64,000 bases of DNA from contig NC_043007.1 in NCBI RefSeq assembly GCF_006345805.1, positions 35,960,001 through 36,024,000 of the forward strand, written 5' to 3'. The stretch's first letter is position 1; each line of letters begins with the position of its first letter. Under the pieces are notes generated by a model. It saw nothing but the letters and a program-made list of their open reading frames with translations, did no database searches and was not told the origin of the DNA. The position numbers were made by a program, and so were the translations under genes. Below are positions 55,063-64,000 of the stretch, in pieces. Source of the stretch: Octopus sinensis (taxonomy: Eukaryota).

Positions 55063-55234
55063 GAAGTCTACTATGTAGCTTCATCATGGAAGACAACGTG
55101 TGGATAGCAATGGGATGTCACCCAAAGAAGGTGAAGTATTTCACTGTTGAGCGAATGCAGCAACTGAAGGATTGCCTGTTGCAAGTGCCATCCATTGTAG
55201 CTGTCGGAGAGATAGGATTAGACTACTCTGGATC
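55063..55234 (+). CDS. TATDN2: TATDN2 coding exon 2
   Basis: CTTGCAG| ... |GTGAGT; encodes SLLCSFIMEDNVWIAMGCHPKKVKYF..IVAVGEIGLDYSG; phases compatible. Confidence 0.93.
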
Positions 55235-55272
55235 GTGAGTATCAATATTTGTGTTGTTAAGTTTCCCAAATT

Positions 55273-55671
55273 GGATCTTTTCGGTTTGAATGGCAATTTT
55301 TTCTAGCGGTGTCATATGAAATTGTCACCCATAATTATGTCCCTAGTGTCGATCTATTGCATTTCAATCTGTTTTAGGGTTAGGGGGGAAGGGTACCTTT
55401 TTTCTTCAGAAATGTAAATAAACCCAATCTGTCTCTTAAACGAGGGACATATTCATACGGCACAGAATGTTTTCACCTCAAATAAACGTCATTGATTGGT
55501 TGAAATTGCAGAAATTGAAGAAAAAAAACAACAAATATTTTACAAACTATAGAATTTTCTCAAAGCCAAGAGAAAAGATGTTTTATAAACACATTCTACC
55601 AGTATATGAAGTTTAAAAGTGTTTAGTTACGTGGAAATTTTAAAAACCTGCCGTTCAAACCGAAAAGATCG
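55273..55671. mobile_element. MITE with 8-bp TSD
   Basis: TIRs GATCTTTTCGGTTTGAA(T/C)GGCA; TSD CCCAAAT(T/C); internal TTAGGGTTAGGG. Confidence 0.78.
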
Positions 55672-55900
55672 CCCAAATCAGTCTTGATTAAGTAGGACCT
55701 TTGAACCAGAGATTTTCCAGTCATGACCATTCTGTCATATTTTTTTTCTTTTGTTAGTTTTCTTTTTTCAGGCATAATGTATTTAGAACTAGCTGATTCT
55801 ATATGTCTTCTGCTTTTTAAGACGGTAGGGTGTGATTTGAGAGAGTGCAACATATAGGGTCCCTCTCATTGGCTCATATTGTTGATGCAGCTGACAAACA

Positions 55901-56265
55901 CAGGAGTGGCTGTGTGGTAAGTAGCTTGCTTACCAACCACATGGTTCCGGGTTCATTCCCACTGCATGGCACCTTGGGCAAGTATCTTCTACTATAGCCT
56001 CGGGCCGACCAAAGCCTTGTGAGTGGATTTGGTAAACAGAAACTGAAAGAAGCCCATCGTATGTTTGTGTTTGTTACCCCAACATCGCTTGATTACCGAT
56101 GCTGGTGTGTTTACGTCCCCATTTCTTAGTGGTTCGGCAAAAGAGACCGATAGAATAAGTACTAGGCTTACAAAGAATAAGTCCTGGGGTCAATTTTCTC
56201 GACTAAAAAAAAAAGGCGGTGCTCCAGCATGGCCACGGTCGAATGACTGGAACGTGTAAAAGAGT
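55901..56265 (+). mobile_element. SINE family A
   Basis: Matches the family A consensus. Confidence 0.85.
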
Positions 56266-56664
56266 GCCCACATTTCAAGTGTTTCTGTTTAAGTTTAGAA
56301 TTTATCGAGAATTATTTTGTAAATAATTTTGTTATTATTAAGTTGGTACCCAAGACATAATTTAAGCTTGCATAAACTCTCAGTGGATGGTTTCTAAATG
56401 TAATCACTTAAAATCAGGTAATTTTATTTCATAGAACTTGATGCGGTTCTGGATGGGTTGGTATTAAAAGGGTTATTATTCAGTGAGATTATTGATCACA
56501 AGCTACAGTGGTGCTAGGCTATTCTTTGCCTCACACTACATCATCTTTTGAAAATTGCTTTCAAAAGTTGTTTCAGAAGTGGACATCCATTTAAATACAG
56601 ATCAGATTTGTGTTGCTTAACTTCTGGTGATTGGACAAGAACCTGAATTTATATATATATATAT

Positions 56665-57295
56665 AAAACATTTTATCATTAATTAAAATCTTAGGATAGC
56701 AAGAATATTCATAGAAAAATTCTTAGTTACCAGTGGTCTGGTAACTAAAAATTAGTCAATAGACTATATATTATTCAAAGAAGAATACAGTGTACTTTCA
56801 GACACAAAAGAGATACCTGAAGAATAGGATATCTGACTCCCTAGAAAGAGCAGTTAAAACTCCCAAACCACCAATTGTTGTAATTCCGAAAGTGATTGGA
56901 AAATAAAAACTTTTACCTTACTCTTAGACCCTGCAAGGTTTCTGCAGACTTAAATACAGACTGAAATAAGATAATCTCAGCCTATATCTGGTGCTGCTTC
57001 TTCAGTAGGTTGCCAGGACTGAACACATAGGTACGGAGCGATAAATAACCCACCACGTGTCTATAGGTTCTAATTTTTCGAATTTACCGCGCAGAAGTGG
57101 AACTCAGCACTAAAAAAATAAATTGCCGATTTTCTTCCAGAATTAGCCAAAAAACATTTTATCATTAATTAAAATCTTAGGGTAGCAAGAATAGTCATAG
57201 TAAAATTCTTAGTTACCAGTGGTCTAGCGAGAAAGAAAAAAATTGCCAATTTTCTTCCAGAATTAGCCAAAAAACATTTTATAATTAATTAAAAT
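56665..57295 (-). mobile_element. Penelope-like/retrozyme-like repeat with terminal direct repeats and a hammerhead motif
   Basis: ~75-bp direct repeat at 56665 and 57151, partial third copy near 57235-57295; hammerhead core on minus at 56923-57009. Confidence 0.55.
56923..57009 (-). ncRNA. Type I hammerhead ribozyme-like motif
   Basis: CCTA-CTGAAGA-A-GCAG...CTGC-A-GAAA-CCT-TGCA-GGG-TC-TAAG: core nucleotides present, long stem II, stem III with palindromic TGCA loop, GUC triplet; stem I weak. Confidence 0.5.
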
Positions 57296-57304
57296 GTATG
57301 TAAG

Positions 57305-57365
<61 letters not shown>

Positions 57366-57376
57366 CACACACACAC

Positions 57377-57412
<36 letters not shown>

Positions 57413-58090
57413 ACATACACACATACACACATACATACATACATACATACATACACATACATATACATACACCAATAACACCAGCTTCACCAACTAAACT
57501 TAACACACTGGTATCTCCACTCCTGGTGCCAATATAGAATTCCATCACCATACCTCTGTCTTATCACTGTGGTCATTATACTTCTCTTTATTAATACACA
57601 CATCCACACACGCACATACACATATACGTGTTTCTATATATTGGTGTGTTTTGATATATAAAACAGTAAAGAGATCCAAGTAAGCATAAAAAAATATATG
57701 AAATTAGCACCTGAAACATCAAGACTGTTTCTCTTTTACACATTAAAGTAATACAGTATTTATTAAAACTTCTCCCTCCTATGCTGTGTTCTTTTCAAGT
57801 TCATTACTTTCATGATTTATATATGTATGCATCTAAACATACACTCACACATACTGTGTTGGGATTATATTGGGTGTGTCATGGTTTACTTAAAAAAATT
57901 TTATCGCAATGATTGGCTATTTTGATTCTAATAAGCAGATCATTTTAATACATTTTAAATTATGAATTTAGGATTTCCTAGTTTGATAATGATAACTATT
58001 TGATATGATTATCTGTGATTATAATAAGTGGCTTCCTTTGTATAAATATCCCCTTTTTTATATAAATTTTTCTTGCTATTGTTGTTTCAG

Positions 58091-58220
58091 GTTTTATCAA
58101 CAAATAGATGATCAAAAACGGGCTTTACGGGATCAAATCAGACTAGCAGTTGACATGAATAAACCGATTATCATACACTGTAGAGATGCTGAAGAAGATT
58201 GCCTTCAGATTTTTCTGGAA
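58091..58220 (+). CDS. TATDN2: TATDN2 coding exon 3
   Basis: TTTCAG| ... |GTAAGT; FYQQIDDQKRALRDQIRLAVDMNKPIIIHCRDAEEDCLQIFLE. Confidence 0.93.
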
Positions 58221-58954
58221 GTAAGTTTTAACTAAGGTCTTCAAAGTAATTTCATCTGACAACTGTTGTATTAAGGACTTATCTTACCTACGCCTGCATA
58301 GAAACCTTGTCATTATCATCATTATTAACATCCATATTCCATGCTGGCATGGATTGGATTGGATTCTTTGACAGAATCCATTGGGTCCACTGATCACATA
58401 TTCTATGGTTTCTACAACTGGATGCTTTTTTTTAATAACAATCACTTCATAGCATGTACTGAGTGCTTCTTTTTGTGGCACCAGCACTAGTGAGGTCGCC
58501 ATGCAATGCGCAACACCACAAGCCCCGTAGGGGTGGCTTTATGCCTAGGGATGATGGTTTAAAATATGAGAGAAGGGACCTGAGCAGAACAGGTTCCTAC
58601 TGTAGAGGCTCTACATGGCTGCTTTCATTTTAGAATAGTGGTGAGGGTGATTGGTGGGTAGCATGGAAGAAATAAAAGTAGGAGTAATGAGGTGTCTGTG
58701 CGGACTCACAAGATATGAAGCGAGTAGAAGTGAATAGGTGCAGGAGAACTGGGAGTATGGAGGTTGGAAGAGTGAGAGATGGAGAATGAGTGAGGAGGTG
58801 GCAAATATTATGAATGAAGAACAAATGTTGCATGAATGCTAAGAGGGGTGGGGTAGAGAGGTGGTGGGAGTGGCCAATGATGAAGCAGGTGAAACAGTGT
58901 TTAATTTCACAATGATGATAGAATGTCATCAAACTGGTTCCATTCTCTATTTAA

Positions 58955-59175
58955 CCCTTTCGTTACTGTATTTATTTTGAGATGCTCTGTGTTTCTTTCA
59001 ATTACTTTAAATATAACAAAGAATTTAGTAAAATAACTTAGTTATTATTCAGCTAGTGTTAGGAACATAAATTGTGACTGAGGTTTGGTGGAAAATTTTA
59101 ATTCAAAACTTATGAAAACAAGACATTTGTACTACAGAGCCAGAGCCGGTTTCAGCCGGGTTGGTAATGAAAGGG
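58955..59175. mobile_element. piggyBac-like MITE
   Basis: TTAA-CCCTTTCGTTAC ... GTAATGAAAGGG-TTAA. Confidence 0.8.
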
Positions 59176-60855
59176 TTAAAATCGTCCATGTTAGATTGCA
59201 GCACTCCTCATTATCAGATCTCTTGTGTTAGTTTTTCTTCCCTTAGTCTGAAATAAATTGAAGTCTATCTACTGAGGTTATTCTCAAGCTGTATGAATAC
59301 AACTCATTATTCATATTGATAGACTTGACCTAACAAGTCACCTAGTTTAACAACCACCTTGTGACACTTGAATGTTTTTAGTGGATTTGAGTTCTCAGAC
59401 AACACCACAGTCCTTGTTGCTGTGTGATGGCTTGTGTGCCCCCTCAACCCTGTGAGTCATGCCAGTAAAGTGCAAGACCCTAGGAGGGCCTTTCATTTGG
59501 ACAGGTCAAAGGATAGAGAGGTCAGACTAATATAGACCACTTCTTCCCAGTGATAAAATATAGGTTTGGATAGGGCCAACACCTATAACTAGAAAGAAAG
59601 CTCAGTTATAGAAGCATTGATGACAATTCATAAACAACAATTTCTGGAAGAGTGGGGGTAGGGCTTCCCTCGGATACATATGAGATGGGATACTGAGACA
59701 AAAAAAAAAAAAACCGGATCCAATTGAAGAAGCAGAAAAGACAGCCCAGCGTGAAGAAAACCATGCAAACATGTTGATTACCTATACTCTTTAGCAAGCA
59801 AAGGGTTCAAGAAGAAGAAAGCATTCAGACAGACCCCTGCATTTTCCCCTTTGTCCCCATATTTTCCTACAGCTATTCAGCTTGGCATCAGCCACAGCCT
59901 CATCAATTTAAGGAAGCCTACACTATGCCATTTTACTCTTTTTATTAAATAGCTATATTCTTAAAGAACTCGGGCATCCTTCACCTGATTGCGCTCAAAT
60001 TTGATATGTAGATACCGCCAGTATCAGGGCGTGTATAAGTCTTGAAAAAATTTCAAAAATCGATTCCAGGTGAGAATGCGATCGATAAAGCCGTGGGAAC
60101 ATGCATTTGTACGCACAAGTACATCAGTTGAAATCCGTTTTCTGCTGGTGTCTCAAATTTAGGTTAAATCAGTGTTTCTCAAAGGGGAGGCCTATGGGAC
60201 GGTCGGACAAGTTGTTTTGAGAAAATTTGGTTTAAATGTTTGACGACTCAGCACCATCCATTGGGTGGGGTGGGGGCGTTTTGCTTGTTCTTACATATTC
60301 CTATAGTCAATCATGTATTATCTCATAGCCTTATGGTTTCAATAAGGTGATTGTTTATTTTTAGAATGACATTGTAGGGTAGGTGTGAGAGGCAAGGTCC
60401 GACCAGTTTTAACATAAAACAAGTATATTTGAGCCTGATAGATTAATTTGAACATAAAACAGTACTTGGGTGAGATACGGCCAGTTTAAATGCTAAAGGT
60501 TATATACACAGAGTATATATATGAATGTGTGTCTGTGTGTGCATAAACCATCATCATCATTTAATGTCCACTTTTCCCTTTTCCATGCTTACAAGAATTG
60601 GATGGAATTTGTGGCAGGTTTTCTACAGCCCCTGTCACCAATCCTTTCCTGTTTCCAAGCAATGTAATATTTTTCCATGGCCACATACATTTCTCCAAAA
60701 GACTGAAAATGAACATCACTTGTATGATGGTGGTGCTCACTTATAAACACCATGTGATGTCAAGACAAGAATGCACACACACACACACATCTTATGTGCT
60801 TATTACAAAATACATTTAATATTTTAAGAATAATTTCCCTTCTATTTTATTCAAG

Positions 60856-61068
60856 GAATGTCCTCAGAACTGGCCCATCCACCTTCATTGCTACACAAAT
60901 TCCTATAATTGTGCACAGAAATGGCTGAATGCCTTTCCGAACCTTTGCATTGGACTAACTCCCAAAGTGACTTACAAAAGCTCCACAGCACTCCATGACA
61001 CAGCTCACAGGATATCCTTAGACCGTCTTCTCCTGGAAACTGATGCTCCCTATTTTATTCCTTCAATG
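60856..61068 (+). CDS. TATDN2: TATDN2 coding exon 4
   Basis: TTCAAG| ... |GTAAGT; ECPQNWPIHLHCYTN..FPNLCIGLTPKVTY..RISLDRLLLETDAPYFIPSM; 213 nt, phase 0. Confidence 0.94.
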
Positions 61069-61335
61069 GTAAGTAAAAAGATTTGTCTCGTGATGTGTCT
61101 GCTTCCTCTTTTCCCTTTTTTCTTCTTTTTACATTAAATTCTGATATAATTGTAATCTACACAATGTGAAAGGTATTTGTAGAAAATTTCATTAAAAAAC
61201 AAAAACCTATTCTTCTGAAAGCAGTGAGGAAATGAAGCTAAGGTGTGTGAATTTTCCAAAACTCCTCCCTTCTGAAAAATTTTTCGCAACATATTCCAAT
61301 ATAACTGGAATCTACCTTCATCTGAAAATTGTTTT

Positions 61336-61488
61336 CCACTTTTTGCGGTCATTGGCGTGTTTCTTGGCTGCTTCCCATGTCAGGCTGCTCGTCCTGAGTT
61401 CGTCCAAAATGCTCTGCTTCCATGTCTGCTTCGAGTGTCCTCGCTTCCTTTTTCCCCTGCGGGTTCCAGTCAAGTGCTTGTCGTGTCA
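61336..61488 (-). mobile_element. RTE-like LINE ORF2 3' fragment in the last TATDN2 intron
   Basis: Minus translation TRQALDWNPQG/KRKRGHSKQTWKQSILDELRTSSLTWEAAKKHANDRKKW with one frameshift. Confidence 0.78.
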
Positions 61489-61596
61489 CATTTGAGGACA
61501 AATTTTAGTGTCTCTCTGACATTGTGAGCAGCCAAAGAAGATAGATCCACAAACTTTACTTTCTCATTCTTAACAATTTGTTCTTCATTTTTGTAG

Positions 61597-61743
61597 GTTT
61601 CACAGAATGCAATGGTTACCTCACATCCAGGAATGGCTTTCACTGTCGCAGAAACTGTTGCAAACCTAAAGAACATCAGTGTGAAGGAAGTTCTAAAAGC
61701 TTGCCTGGAGAATACACAGAGACTTTACGGAATCAAACTATAG
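61597..61743 (+). CDS. TATDN2: TATDN2 terminal coding exon
   Basis: TTTTGTAG|; VSQNAMVTSHPGMAFTVAETVANLKNISVKEVLKACLENTQRLYGIKL*; TAG at 61741-61743. Confidence 0.93.
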   Translation, partial: VSQNAMVTSHPGMAFTVAETVANLKNISVKEVLKACLENTQRLYGIKL

Positions 61744-61744
61744 A

Positions 61745-61750
61745 AATAAA
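61745..61750 (+). terminator. Candidate polyadenylation signal
   Basis: AATAAA one base after the stop, a second near 61757, and a T-rich tract downstream. Confidence 0.4.
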
Positions 61751-62861
61751 CAAAAAAATAAAAAATATAAAAAAAAGTTAAATTTACCACATCAGAATTT
61801 TTTTTTTTTCATTTCATTGAAATATATCAAATTTTTTTCACTAGTTTCTTCATGTTTATTTTTAATTTTTTACCCCACATGTTTTTTCCTTTCTAAAGTA
61901 CCAAATCTTGGGTTGCAGCTTCATATTTTCTGAAGGTATTTCAGCTTAACAATCGTTTCTACAAAAGTGTAAAACCTGAAATTTTGAGAGAAGGGATTAA
62001 TCAATGTCATCAACCCCAGATTTTTATTGGTATTTTTATTTGATCAAATCCTGACTGGATGAAAGGTGAAGGTTATCTAAGTGACAGGATTTGAACTCAG
62101 ACTGTGTGATTAAGAAGTTTGCTTCCTAATCATGTTGTGTCCAGTTCAATTCCACTGCATGGCACCTTGGGTGGGTGTCTTTCACTGAAGCCCTGTTCCA
62201 AACAAAGCTTCATGAGGTATTTTATAGGTGCAGGAGTGGCTGTGTGGTAAGTAGCTTGCTTACCAACCACATGGTTCTGGTTTCAGTGTTTGTGTATGCA
62301 GGGGAATTTTTCTGTATAACTGATAGCTTTCTATTCAGCTTTAATCAGATTTTATCTGTGACAATAAGGTTTGACTTTTGAGGGAAATTTGGCTCTATTT
62401 CTTGTAATTCATGCAACTTTTGTGAAAGTTCCCTTGCTGGCTTGTATAACAATTCTTTGTCTTTACTGGCTGACATGGGTTGGCCAACATAGTCACATTT
62501 TCTTCATAATTTTTACTATGACAGCTACAAAGAGCCAAAATTTTGATGTCTGTTTCCTAGCACTCTAAATTGTTCAGTAATGAGCTTATTGTTATACAGT
62601 GTGGAGGTGCACTATCACTCAATGGAAAAGGTTACAAAAGGAGACACAGGACAGATAGAAGTCCTGTAGAGGAAGGCAACAATGAAAGAGAAGTACATGT
62701 ATAGTATACAATAAAATACAAAACAGGAAAAAGATGCTTAGGCATGTCAGGAGCAGTGTTGGAGAATTTCAAGAAGCACAGAATATTTTAAGGATGCAGT
62801 GTTCTGTCGGTCAATACAAAGAGAAGCAATATGCTCAAGACGTATGAGAAAGTAAAGGCAA

Positions 62862-63175
62862 ATGGCTCAGTGGTTAGTGTTGGGCTTAGAGTTGTGAGTT
62901 TGATTTCTTGGACCAGGCTGTGAGTTGTGTTCTTGAACAAGATGCTTTATTTCATGTTCCAGTTCAATTTGTGCGAAGCTGTATCGGCCTTTGCCTTTCC
63001 CTTGGACAACATTGGTGGCATGAGGCGGGGAGACTGATATGCATGGGTGACTGCTGCTGGTTGTCCACAAACAACCTTGCTGGACTTGTACCTCGGAGAG
63101 TAACTTTTAGGTGCAATCCCATGGTCACTCATGACCAAAGGTAGGTGTGTGTGTGTGGGGGGGGGCGTCTTTACC
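62862..63175 (+). mobile_element. SINE family D
   Basis: TGGCTCAGTGGTTAG A-box-like head; body homologous to 6270-6553. Confidence 0.75.
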
Positions 63176-63467
63176 CCATTTGATAGTATGTAAATTGGAT
63201 GACAGATTCATGCCTATGATCTGAGTAAGAACTCGGAATACAAAGGTCCAGAACAGAACGTAGCAAAGCATCCTGTCCAGTGTTGTAAGAGACTCTTCCA
63301 GTACACAGGCCTATACTAGAATTTTATTTTATCAACCTCAGCAGGACTTGAATTCAGAAAGCAAGGAACTGGAGTAAACACCACAAGGTATTTTGTCCAA
63401 TGCTCTAATGACTGTCAATGATTCCATGATCATAAAATAGCATGTGGGCTTATAAGGAATATAACTA

Positions 63468-63951
63468 CTGTAAATCCTTGAGTATAATACGCAGAGGATT
63501 TTTAGAGGGGCTGTACCTCTGAAAACCCTAAACCTTGTGTATAATACGCACATCTTCTCTAACCTGAGTCAAGGAGGTCTATATAATGTCCTTGGTTTAT
63601 AAAACTATATGGTAACGTCCTTTATTATTATTGTATATATAACATAATGCAAACGTGTAGCTTTTTTGTGCATTTTGTTTGCAGAAAATAAAGAAATAAC
63701 ATTTAATAAATTTTGCTTACTGCAAGTTATGGATGGTTCTTTTATGACTTCATTGCTTTCAGGCTTAGCTTAAGGTATTTTTGCACCCGACATCACAAAA
63801 TGCGTCTGAATAAACATTGCCAGACAGCAAATAGAGACTCGGACGTTGCTTAGAAAATAATTTTCAATTTTAACCTCGTATATAGTACGCACTAGAGATT
63901 TTGACCTTTAAATTTTGGGGAAAAATGCGGATTATTCTCGACGATTTACAG
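63468..63951. mobile_element. Tc1/mariner-superfamily (Tc2/pogo-like) MITE
   Basis: TA-CTGTAAATCCTTGAGTATAATACGCA ... TGCGGATTATTCTCGACGATTTACAG-TA. Confidence 0.8.
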
Positions 63952-64000
63952 TATATACTTTGAGATCCACTATGAAATACTGTTCCCACATTTGAGGCAG

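Noticed and set aside
59908-60260. Possible Kolobok-like element starting TTAA-GG
   Set aside because: No convincing matching right end or TSD found

Overview
AT-rich, repeat-dense animal genomic DNA; the SINE families and TA/CA microsatellite load resemble an octopus/cephalopod genome (recalled, not verified). One intact spliced gene is present: a TATDN2-type TatD nuclease on + with five coding exons (50680-61743, 819 aa by my exon joining, all TatD metal-binding motifs intact) and a ~550-aa low-complexity N-terminus. That N-terminus begins with a motif resembling the exon-junction-complex-binding motif of SMG6/UPF3/R3HCC1L. Other identifiable elements: an intronless CHD1 fragment with a premature stop (probable retrocopy), a U6 snRNA copy abutting a SINE, internally deleted mariner, maT and hAT transposons, several MITEs with TIRs and TSDs, a non-autonomous Helitron, RTE-LINE 3' ends, three tRNA-like SINE families, several Penelope-type hammerhead-ribozyme-like cores, and TA-bounded inverted/direct duplications that may be assembly artefacts. 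Almost all other ORFs in the track are translations of microsatellites or SINEs.
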